This document shows positions 24,404 through 35,533 of a stretch of DNA of 64,000 bases, in pieces. Source of the DNA: Lepidodermella squamata (lineage: Eukaryota; Animalia; Gastrotricha); contig JBLDXI010000017.1 of the NCBI GenBank assembly GCA_047495785.1, positions 1,364,001 through 1,428,000 of the forward strand, read 5' to 3'. Position numbers and translations under genes: made by a program. Each line of letters opens with the position of its first letter. The first letter of the stretch is position 1. Under the pieces are notes generated by a model that searched no databases, was not told where the DNA came from, and saw only the letters and a list, made by a program, of their open reading frames with translations.

Positions 24404-25978
24404 TTATTGGTCGAATTCGCCTTTTTGGCCTCGGAATTTCTTGTGCCCTGTCGCATCCTTGTGCTTTCGAAGCATCCATTTCGTCGATACAACAGCGCCG
24501 CACATGCGACCAGTGCCGGGAATAATGAAATCGCAGACGAAGGTTGAGCCAGACGCAGCAGCTTCTTCATTCACCTCAAAGCCGGGCGGTGGGTTGATCG
24601 CAGGATCTACGATCCGTTTCATGGATCGAGGGGGCGACATGATGCCAGGCATGCCGGATGGCAACTTCGGCACAGTTATATTTGGCTGGCAAAGAGGGCA
24701 GCACCAGTCGCCGTCGGGTATCCTTTCGATACCAATGCAGTAGGAATGAAAACCGCGATCACAGATATCGCAGAAGAGAAGAGAAGCCTCGTTTTTCGCA
24801 AGATTGCACTGCAAACAGCGTTTGCAATCAAAGCATTGCCAGTCGTACGAGCGCACGATTTTTAGCATGTGACGGAATAAATCGAAGCAAGTTATATGGG
24901 CGGTCTTTTTACAACGCGCGCACGTAAGAAATGTATCGGCTTCATCGTTCATGCCGCATCGCTCGCAGGCATTCGGCTCGTTACCAGAAGGCGCGTCGAT
25001 TTCACGCACTTTCTCGTTCTCCTCAAGCAGCTTTCGGATATCGTCATCGTCACTACCAAGCTCAAGTTCATCGCCATCAGGTGGTTCAGATAATAATTCG
25101 TCGATACTCGATCCACTGCCGATTGAGCCAGGAGATCGAGGAAATAAGATGGTTTCAGTGTCAGGATGAGGAATCAAGGCTGTTCCGATAGGCAAGCTTC
25201 GAAGTTGAGAATCGGTATAATAAGGCACAGATGAGGTGTACTGCCCTGGAAGAACTGCGACTGGGTACGGGTCAGGACAGCGCCATTCGATATCACCAGT
25301 AATGTGGTCAAATTCTAGCTTATGCTTTCGAGGAACTTGGATTGTGTACGTTTGCAGATCCATTGAATATTTGCGACTTTCTAACCTATCCCGCATCAAC
25401 TCGGCGTTGTACTTGTGGCAAGAGGTCATCGCTTTCTTGAACATTTGCTTGAGCCGACCTTGATCGGTGATTTTAATCGGTTCATATGTCGGCATTTGCT
25501 CCTTTTTCAATTTTGACATTCTCGCAGCTTCACGCCGTTGAAATACTGCTACAACTTCTTTGTACTTTTCTGGATAATTGTTCTGCAGCAGGTCTAATAT
25601 TTCTTCACTTTTCACCGCGGTGAGACCAAGGTCACACATGGCTCTTGACACCAAGCCTTCTTGAATGAAATAAAGTCGCTCTTCGATAGAGCAGGTGTGA
25701 CGATAGATGTCGGGAAACTTTCGTTTGAAGGACAATACGTCGAGATATTTAGCGATTTGTTCCTGAAGCATGAACGTTTCAGGCTCTGATTCAACATTAT
25801 CGTCAACGGGCCATCGATATTCTACCAAATCTTCTGCAGTAACAGGAGCAGATAAGTCATCAAGTCCTCCTCGTTCCCTTCTTTTGGGCGCAACTTCAGA
25901 AGGGGGATCAGCCGCGGCATTGCTAGGCGGATCATCAGAGGGCTCTGGGGGTTTCAATTCTGCCGTATCGACAGACAT
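24404..25978 (-). CDS. PHF10: PHD finger protein 10 (BAF45A/SAYP), intronless CDS
   Basis: SAY-domain signature (EYRWP..FMLQEQIAKYLDVLSFKRKFPD..LGLTAVKSEEILDL..MDLQT..YPVAVLPGQY) plus tandem PHD fingers (CERC..CARC..HITC..WQCFDCKRC..FCDICDRGFHSYC..WCC). Probable start MSVDT at 25978, after an AG acceptor. Confidence 0.92.
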   Translation of the reverse strand: MSVDTAELKPPEPSDDPPSNAAADPPSEVAPKRRERGGLDDLSAPVTAEDLVEYRWPVDDNVESEPETFMLQEQIAKYLDVLSFKRKFPDIYRHTCSIEERLYFIQEGLVSRAMCDLGLTAVKSEEILDLLQNNYPEKYKEVVAVFQRREAARMSKLKKEQMPTYEPIKITDQGRLKQMFKKAMTSCHKYNAELMRDRLESRKYSMDLQTYTIQVPRKHKLEFDHITGDIEWRCPDPYPVAVLPGQYTSSVPYYTDSQLRSLPIGTALIPHPDTETILFPRSPGSIGSGSSIDELLSEPPDGDELELGSDDDDIRKLLEENEKVREIDAPSGNEPNACERCGMNDEADTFLTCARCKKTAHITCFDLFRHMLKIVRSYDWQCFDCKRCLQCNLAKNEASLLFCDICDRGFHSYCIGIERIPDGDWCCPLCQPNITVPKLPSGMPGIMSPPRSMKRIVDPAINPPPGFEVNEEAAASGSTFVCDFIIPGTGRMCGAVVSTKWMLRKHKDATGHKKFRGQKGEFDQ

Positions 25979-26544
25979 TGTTTTATCAGAATAATGCCCT
26001 ATGAAAGCAGATAAAAAATATATGCTCATAATTGAGTTGATAACGAGGGAGTGTTCAAAATTAGAAGAACATTAATGACTACATGACTATGAACTGGAGC
26101 TAAGCACATCGCTGATGATGATTCTGATATGAAGTATTTATGATGTAATCTCAGAATGCACGAGTTTTGTGCACCGCGTCCTTGAAATCACGAGTGACAT
26201 CAGTACTCGAAACAAATCGGCATACTGAAATAAAGCGATAAATATGAACTGGGATAAGGACTATACACCGTAAGCCGACAGTCCATGCACTTGTAATTTT
26301 AAATTAAGTTTGACGCCAATTAAAAACTTGAGAATCCCTCCTATCGCCGATCCAAAAAACGCCAGAGAAGTTCTGGAGAGGGCATGAGAGGGCATGCGCG
26401 ATGCAAAGCGGATCATACAGTGGACAAGAAACATATCACAGAATAAGGCAACAGCTAACAGCTAACAGCTGGCCCTCTGCCCTCATCTACACATGAACTT
26501 TCTGAGTTTCTCGACGAAGCAAGAAGCCGGCCGACGGAAAGCGC

Positions 26545-26593
26545 TCGACGCGAAAAAAATTTCGCCGCTCCCGCTTTGAAAATCGGCTTTGAA
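26545..26593. promoter_or_regulatory. Candidate E2F/CHR (DREAM-type) cell-cycle promoter elements
   Basis: GC-rich patch with CGCGAAA, TTTCGCCG and two TTTGAA (26575-80, 26588-93), each preceded by GC-rich sequence, between the divergent PHF10 and DNAL1 genes. Confidence 0.4.
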
Positions 26594-26667
26594 TTTATAT
26601 TTTAGTAAAGTTGTGGCAATAAATTTAAAATTATTATTAATTATATTAATTGTAATTTTATTTTTAT

Positions 26668-26680
26668 GTTGCTAGGTAAC
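26668..26680. promoter_or_regulatory. RFX X-box upstream of DNAL1
   Basis: GTTGCTAGGTAAC matches the X-box pattern, ~230 bp upstream of a motile-cilia gene; forkhead-like TGTTTAT nearby (~26750). Confidence 0.7.
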
Positions 26681-26911
26681 AGCGTGTTCTGCTGCCTCGC
26701 GTTAGGCCGGTTTGGCCGAATATCGCGAATGGAAGTGTTGAGTGTTAAATGTTTATGACGTAACTTTCGCATTATGGCTCGCGCAAACTTAAATGATATT
26801 TTCTAAGCCCTATGGTTGGTATCAGGAAAAAATGTTTTGTTTCATCGCATTCTGCCTTTTAGGTCCATATAAATTGCATCTTTTTACTTGTGATTAAACT
26901 CCTGCATCATC

Positions 26912-28480
26912 ATGGTGAGTTTTGCGTTGATTTTTGCATTTTCAAGCATCTAATAAACTGGTATTATTAATTAGTCAAAAGGAATGACAATAAAAGAAGC
27001 CCTCCAGAAGTGGGAGGAAAAAACACAGCAGAAAGCTTCTGAAGCTAAAGAAGTTCGTTTGTACGGTGAAATTCCGCCAATCGAAAAGATGGATGCTTCT
27101 CTCTCGACGCTTACAGCTTGCGAGTATGATGGGAAATTGAAAAGATACATGCTTCTAAAACCTCTATTTTTCAGGAAATTATCGCTGTCGACAAATAATA
27201 TCGAGAAGATTACTAATCTCAACGGCCTCAGTAAGTCATTTGCATTTAGTTCATGTTGTTATCATAAATCAAGCCTATGAAGCGGCATCCTGCTCTCTTT
27301 CGGTATCAGTGTTAGAGTATGCATAATGTGACGTGGCAATCAATTTGGGTGCTTTCTTTTTTGAGCATAAAATGCGACAACGGGTGCGCATCAGCTGGCG
27401 CAGTACTTGTTCTATACATGGAAATAGAAAGTACCCTAACCGCTTGCCAGGTCTAAATTTTTGCGCGCTTGAACGTCTATGTACAAACAGATCAGTCAGA
27501 AAACTGCAAATACGACAATTGTAGTCTGTATCGTGAATCAAAAACCACGGTCCCTAAATTTTATCAAGGTAGGGCGGAAATGCACTAAATTCGAAAGAAA
27601 TACGGTTAACCTTAGCCTCGAATTCTAGCCTCGAATTCTAGCCTCGAATTCTAGATGACTCTAGATAACAGTGCATATGAACTAATTATTGCAATATGAT
27701 TGTTTATCGCGCGCCTCGCAATTGAGATTTGATTTAGATTTAAGTTTTTCGCTCAATTTAGATTTGTCACCTAATTCTACCGAAAATTTCCAGAAATACA
27801 GCGAGAATATACCATTCTGAATGAACATTGTTCCAGGCTTAAACAAATTTTGAATTACTTGACTCCCCTTTCTTCTGTGGGGCTATTTCTCCCCACTAGC
27901 CAAATAGTAGCAAGCTACGCAGTTAGATAGTCGATACATAAATACCTAAAACTTACAAAATGGTTAGCTATGCCGTTATGCATTCCGGCTATTTTTCTTT
28001 CCTCATAAGTGCTTTTCAGTCCAAGTACAACCTGTACCTTGATATTTTTCCAGAAAATTTGAAAATTCTATCGCTCGGGAGAAACAATATCAAGAGCTTG
28101 AGCGGATTGGAGGCAGTATCGGAAACACTTGAAGAACTGTGGATATCTTACAATTTCATTGAAAAATTGAAAGGCATTCACGTTCTGAAGCGCCTCAAAG
28201 TTTTGTACATTTCGAACAACTTGGTCAAAGAATGGGCCGAATTCACCAGATTGGTAAGTCGTAACCCCTGCAAAACATTTTTCATGACATCACTTTATCG
28301 TATTTTCACCAGGCTGAACTGCCTTCATTGGAAGACCTAGTCTTTGTCGGCAATCCGCTACAAGAGAATACTCCTGAATGGGAAAAAACCGCGCCACAAA
28401 AGTTGCCTAAACTGAAGAAACTCGACGGTGTTCCTGTCATCCGCGAGGACGAGAAGGGCGGTGCAGAAGAAGATAGTTAA
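26912..28480 (+). CDS. DNAL1: Dynein axonemal light chain 1 (LRR); exons 26912-26914, 26975-27123, 27175-27230, 28054-28253, 28313-28480
   Basis: Spliced product [90 protein letters not shown] matches DNAL1/LC1; ATG-only first coding exon. Confidence 0.95.
27613..27654. repeat. 13-bp minisatellite (TAGCCTCGAATTC) x3
   Basis: Direct tandem copies in the long DNAL1 intron. Confidence 0.85.
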
Positions 28481-29261
28481 ATGTCCTGCAGAAATACTCT
28501 CCATTTAGCTTGTTCACTTATTTCCAAAGATAGCTTGATCTCAAATGAGTAAATGAAACTCTGCAACATTGCTGTTGACAAAATAATAAACACACGTTTC
28601 GTTGTTTCAAAGATTTATTATGACACAAGTTTCCGACATATTCAATATTTTTTTTAACAAAGTCGTGTTTTTCAAATATTTGTCATTTGCATATAATAAT
28701 CATGGATAATATGGTATTTACACTTGGACAAGAATATGGCGATCATTTGACAACACTTTGCATCGATTCAAACTGCCAGAGTGATGATGAGGCAAACAGG
28801 TAGCAATATAAAAAGAAGGCAGCACATATTTTTTGCTCGTTTCAAAAACAACGGAACATTCCTTCGCAACAAAGCATGATGACGGGCAATAATCTGAAGT
28901 TAACGATAGTTGAATATTAAAAAAGCACAAGAGCGCGTCAAGCTAACGACCCGAGGGCGAATAATACGATTGTTGACTGTCTCGTGGCATCTCTTCTCTA
29001 ATTGCAACATTAACATTAAAGGCCGGCTTGGTTAGCGAAAAAAAGATAAGATTGCGATAATACGATGATACAGTGCATAATACGCTTGGCTTTTTTTTTA
29101 CACAAATAACATTTTTTCGTCGATTTTTCCCAAAAATTTTAAATAAATTTGACGTTGTAATATCTGAGAAGAAGAAAAATCACCAGCCAAAATTTGGAGA
29201 GAGAGAACATCAAACGATTTGATTATACTTTTTCATAAAAACTGGGACGGTTTCGGTTGAA

Positions 29262-30721
29262 TTACTTGGCGAAGAGTGCTGCTTGAAGGCTTTGAAGCGA
29301 ATTTTGGAAAACGCCAAACGCTGCCGGAGAATTGGCGCCGTTGCCGCCGTTTTGTTGCGCAACCGCAGCGGCAGCCGCTAGTGACGATAGCAGAGGATTG
29401 CCGCCGGCCGAAGTGGGCGTTGTGAGAAGGCCCGCGAAAGGTGTAGATTGCGCGACGAGGTGAGAAAAGCCGGGCGCCGGGCCTTGCGGGCTGTTGCTCG
29501 CTGAACTTGTTGATTGTTGTGGCGAAACGAGGCCCGGGGTCGGGAAGGCTGCGTTGCCCTGGCCGATTTGACGCGCCAGCTCTTCCCAAATAGCTGATTG
29601 CTGTTGCTGTTGTTGCTGCTCTTCGAACGCGGCTTGATTTTGCATCTTCTGCTTCAGCGCCATGGCGAGGAGGAGATTCGGGTCGAACTGACCGAGTGAT
29701 TGTTGCGAGAGAAGCGAAGCCGCGGCCATGTTCAGAGCCGCTTGATCGGGAGATTCAGAATCGACTGACGAAAGCTGGCCGTAGTTATCAGCCTATAAAA
29801 TAGTAAGAAATTAGAAAATTGCATGAAAAAGTAATTTTTGATAATTTACCTGGCTATTAGGACGAGCTTTCTTTGAGCTCGGAGTTTCGGAATTGCCGTG
29901 AACTGGTGGGGTTTGACTTTGCAGCTGTTCGAAGCCTGACTGGGGAGCTGCGCGTTTTACGGCCTGCTTCTTCTGAGGCGCCTTCTGATCGCTGAGAATC
30001 GAGTCGATATCGAGAGGGCGTTTACGAACAGCGGGTGCTGATGACGAGCACGGGGTGGATGAACGTTGTTCGGCGGCGTCTTGGTCGGAAACGCTGAGAT
30101 CTTCCGAGGAAGCGACGCTCTGGTCATCGGGCGAGGAGCTCATCGGGTTGAAACCGGGCAGACCGGCGGCGCCCAAGCTGGCGAGGGCCGATAACTGCTC
30201 GGGGGTCATGGTGCTGAGAAACGAGGCGGCAGGCGGCATTGGGGCGCCGAGGCCAACCTGTCCGGGCATCATACCAGGTGCCTGCGGAAATTGACGACCT
30301 ATTATAACAAAAATTAGAAAAAATTCAAAAATTATTTTAATATTAACAAACCTGAAGGATTAGCAGCTGCAGCAATTGCTGAGAGATAGGCGTAAAACTG
30401 GGGGTTAGCGTACGGCCAGGTGAGGGCCATGCGTTGACGCTTGTCCTTCATGCGTCGGTTCTGGTACCAGACCTTGATAGTCGACTCGGTGAGGCCAAGC
30501 TGGGCGGCTAGTTCGCAGCGACGAGGCCGTGAAACGTAGTTCTCTCGGCTGAATTCAGCCTCGAGGCGCACGAGTTGTTCGCGGGTGAAGGCTGTACGGT
30601 AGCGCCTAATCGAATCTTCGTTGTTCGCGGCACTGCTAGACGAGCCGTTTCGGTTAGAATTCGCCGAAGACGAACCAGATCGTTGGCTGTTTTTCGATTC
30701 CATGTTAAGCTGCTCGGGCAT
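29262..30721 (-). CDS. evx: Even-skipped (Evx) homeobox transcription factor; exons 30721-30352, 30298-29850, 29792-29262
   Basis: Homeodomain [66 protein letters not shown] is diagnostic of Evx; phase-consistent GT-AG introns. Confidence 0.95.
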
Positions 30722-33211
30722 TGAAGTCGTTGTTGTTGTTGATTTAGAGTTAACAACTAAAGTCAGAGAATGATAATTTCTGAGAAATGGTTTTAAGGAA
30801 GTGATCAGGTAGGGATATATTTAAGCTAAATGAGGCGGAAATTAAAATGCGATCTACTTGAGACGACGATATCGCGCGCGGGCCCCGCTGTCGAGAGGCC
30901 GCAAAAACCGGCGCTATAACGACGTGCTAATGTCGTCGCTGTCACGCACTGATCGGAGGAACTGCGAAGGCCTGTGTTGTTGGCGGTGCCGCCGCAGCTG
31001 CGCACGCACGTTGACAAAAGGCGCGACTTTGCGTGTAATTTGCACCGAGTCGCGAGTCGTTCTGCAGCTCGAGGTAGCTCGAGATCAAAGAGCGCGCGCG
31101 CTCGCACGTTTTCGCAATATACATCCACCACAAGTACCAAAGGTTCGCAAATGACCCACAAATATATATTTATCGCATATAACGACAAATGATGACGTAA
31201 ATTACGCATGTGTTAAGGTAGATTCGAGTAGAAATTCCGCCAGATTTATTGCAACGCAACGGCTCGCGTGAAATCGAGCCATTATTTTAGCACATTCTTC
31301 CGAACACTCACGGCGCGCACGGCATCAAAGGCACTGACAGTGACCAAAGACACATCGTAAATACCGCCAATGAACTTTATGAGCTGGTCGTGATCGAAAC
31401 ACAATAGTCGGCACCTTTGCGGTACCATTATAAAATGATAACATTCTAACGCCTTGGAATTAGGTCGCATAAAACAGCTCGCAGATGCCTTAAAACTGTG
31501 ATAAAAATTATTATCTGCGATAGAGATCGCAAATTTTTACCTATGAAACGAAACTATATATAGTAGCGCATACTTGGAACCGGCTGGGAATGTGTTGAAA
31601 TCAAGTAGTAACGAGCGCGATTAAGATATACTAAAAGATTGCGTGGTCGATACATCTGCCCGGCGATTTTTGACTGCACGCAATCGCAATAAAGCCAGGG
31701 TGTGATAAATTGCCGGGGCCTTGGATCGTTTTTAACACATTGCGCAATTTTGATATATCTACGCCGGCTATTATCGTCATTATAATAATAAAGACTCAGA
31801 TAATCGCGCTGGATAAGGGCTAAACTATGGAGTCAAAACAGCTTATTCGGTGGTAACCTCAAGTGCCAAGTCAGTAGGAGGGTGTCTGACGCTAAATAAT
31901 ATAATTTCGACATCTGTTAGGATCAATTTCGAACGCGCACCGTGGGGCCGATCATTAATAATTTTTGCGATATCAGCAAAATGTTATTGGCGCGCTAATA
32001 AAGGACGCGCACTATTTCGCGCGAGGAGCGTACGGTTAATTTGCGCTTATGATTATTGCACCCTTCAGCACATCCGCACCGATTATGCCACCCGTGGGAG
32101 ATACAACGTTGCGAAAACCTAATCAACTCGTCATGATTTTCGATCGCGCTAAGCAATTACGCGGCACAGCAAGCGTCGAATCGCTCAATTTCTTACCGTC
32201 ACTTCTTCCTGAGATTATTATTGCTACACTTCCTGTGTTCAGGTACCGATGATGATCATCGGGGAGCAGTGCGCGCGCTGATCGAAAAACGCAACTTTTT
32301 ATTACGCGGGAACAAATTGCGCGCGCGCACACATAGCGCGCAAGGCACCGCCTCAAATTATCCGAGGCGTTGTAAATAAAAATCGCACCATAAAAAAGCG
32401 CGCTCAAGTAATTCGTTACGTGTTTACCTTTGGCCGCAGCGTTATTTTTCATCGGTTTGCTAGTATCACTCGCGTTGTTGTTGTTCGAGGTGTAACTCGA
32501 TTGGCTGGTGCCTACCGAGTTCTGTTCCAGCGCTGCAGATGATTGCCACAAATTTGACGCGGATAAAAACGCAGAGACGTCAAATCTTTGCTCCATAATT
32601 AATTCAATCAACTAATGAAAAACGTAGCAAGATGATGGGGAATAACGATATGGCGACTAATATACTTTTTTGACGTTTTTTGTTGACTCAATGATACGTA
32701 TCAGTCTGCGGCACTATGATATTATTATGTGAAGTGGTGGTGTTGTTGGTCTGGAAAATTTTAGCGACACTTAGCTATAATTATTGCGAAGTTGAAATGA
32801 CACGGCGATGACACCCTGCAGTTGGCCAATGAGCGCAAAGGTTATATAGTACAATAACGGCGCTTTTATTACCGCAGGTATCAATTTGTAAACACATGTT
32901 GAAATAACTCCAATTATTTTGTAAGTTCTACTAATTCCACTATTATAAAAGGTAACACAAACAAAACAATAACAACAATAACAGCAGCAATTAAACACGA
33001 GTATAATGTTTCGCCGCGATTTTACTATATGCTTTTGCGTTGAAATTTGAATATTAGTCATAATACCTCTTAATATGATCTGCCGTAAGAGGTTGACGCC
33101 ATTATACTTAACTACTTGTTAATAGTATTATCATGACAGGAAAACACGCCGACCGACACGGTGTGATAACGGCTCGTAGTTTTCAATTGCGGCCGCCTTA
33201 ATGGTTTAATC

Positions 33212-33212
<1 letters not shown>

Positions 33213-33252
<40 letters not shown>
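33213..33252. repeat. (TC)20 microsatellite upstream of evx
   Basis: Perfect dinucleotide run. Confidence 0.95.
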
Positions 33253-33255
<3 letters not shown>

Positions 33256-35533
33256 TTGGCGCTCTCACTTTGCTCTCGTAGAATTATTGTTTTATTAGCA
33301 GCCACAAACCAGTGATGGCGCCAACAACGTGTAATTTACGTTATTAAATGTAATTTATCGCATCATCGCTAATGGGGACCCGAGCGCGCTCTCTGACTAT
33401 TGTAGGGTGACACGAACTTGTGCGCGCGCGCTCATTTTTATTGCTCGCGCGCGCATCGGCTTGGCAACGAGAGAGAAAAAAGTTTAATGTCTGACGCGCA
33501 CCTCCAATTTCAACATTCATCCATCACGTTAATAATCGGCCTTGATGGGCAATTTAGCTCACTTGAAATATGTATATATCAACGTTAAATATTATTAATT
33601 TATAATAGAGCCGCCGCGCTATATGATAAAACGTTGGCTCTGCAGATCATGCGGCTATTAAGTTGAGGTTTTGTTGTTGTTTTTATTTTGTTGTTAATGT
33701 GTAGGTGATACATTTAACGATATAATAAACGCCGCTTTTAACATGCGTGTATCATTATATCAGCGAGCTGAATCTCGCGAACAGGTAAAAAACGCATTAT
33801 GATGGCACCAATTCGCGACTACTATAAGATAATGCGCGTGCGCGGCAATGGCGATGATGAGGCGTAATAGCGCGGCCAGCAACGCGACGAGGCGACAAAT
33901 AAACGGCGCGCTTTTTAATAAAGAAGAGATGGGCTGATAGGTAGTTAGGTAAAATATCTGGCGACAAATTGCCACTCTCAGAAGATAGACGCGCGCGCGC
34001 AATTTTAATGGCTTTTATTACCCCCTATTAGAGGATAAATTACTCGGCTTTATAGATTAAAAGACGTTATTATTAAGATATAAGCCGCTTGGTGACAAAT
34101 TTGACTAATGGCCGTGCCCGAGGATTATCTCTCTAAATTTATAGGTAAAGTATATCGCCGCATTAAAAAGCCCATTATGAAGGTTGAAAAAAGCGGCTAA
34201 ATATCGACATCTCCCTAAAAAAAATAGTTGTGATGTAATCGAGATAACGTGTAACGCCGCGTTTTTTGCCATCTGATAGCTCATTGGTCTGCCTCCAGCC
34301 AATGAGAGGGCGCGCACTATATTTTTATGGGCTGAATCATGATGATACACTTTGGCGCGTTCTTTTCACGCAGAATAATAATCAGTATATGATTTTTCGG
34401 CACGCGTCGACAACGGCTGGTGGCGTATTAAAATCAGAGCGGGGCAATAATATCGACAATAATTTTAATAATTCACCCACCACCAGCTTGGGGAATTTTT
34501 CCGGGCGTAAATTGATTATAATTAAGTTAATGATTTTAACAAAAAGGTGTCAAGCATTCGTGATCGCGTGCATTAACACGTTCGGCACTTGTCGCCGACT
34601 CACTGATATCATGCGTTTTATTGCACGCCATATTTTGAGGCGATGATTTTCAGCAGCGGCAATAAATTACGCGTGAATTATCATCTTTCCTTTTGATGTT
34701 ACACGCAATGATTAACACTGTTAGTATTATTATTATTATCATCGAAGTCTGCTCGCCCCCCACTCGCCTGCCGCTCGCGCCTCAGTTCGCTTGAATTTTC
34801 GAAATTTTATTGCTGAATTATTATTAGTCTCTATTATTATGGCGATAATAATTTTGATATTGATAGAAGCCGCCTCCAATAAAATAATAGGCGTTATATT
34901 ATCGCTTTTATTCACTGTCATAAAAAGTGTCTCAACTTAGTGGCGGCCGACCAGTGCGCGATATCATCTGGTAAAAATCATTAGACCGTATCGCGCGCTA
35001 TAAACTTTGAACGGGTGTTGCAGTTTTACGTTCTCATCGCCAAGGTAGAAGTTTTAGTACACCCTGTGGCTAAATGGCGAGACAAGCGTCTTGCCGGTAT
35101 AATAATTTATTGCTCATAAAACGAGCGTTTCTCACGTGAGCGGAGACCGGACGAAACCAATTACAATCATTTCTTTGAGATGATGGCATCCGAGTCGGCA
35201 TAATATAATGATTGCTGTTTTATAGGCGGTGAACCAGTTTTCGTTCGGAGAAATAAAAACTCGGAAAATATTCAGCACTTGATTCAAGTTTTATTCGTTC
35301 TTGATAGTGTTGGCTAGGTCTACATATTCACTTAGACTAGAATACTTGGTATAAAAAAAGCTGCAGGGCGATTTTTCAAAAATACGTAAATCGAGTAAAT
35401 CATTTTACTGTCATTATCATTTCACGAGGAAATGCACTCCTTTCAATATCGACGTGTACCTATAAGATAAAGGCAATTTCGTTACGTTTCGATTCAATAT
35501 TGAAACAATCTTACCCTCGCGAATCAAATATAT

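Noticed and set aside
30826-34921. ORFs of 60-160 aa upstream of evx
   Set aside because: Mostly non-ATG starts, no domains or splice support; composition fits regulatory DNA.
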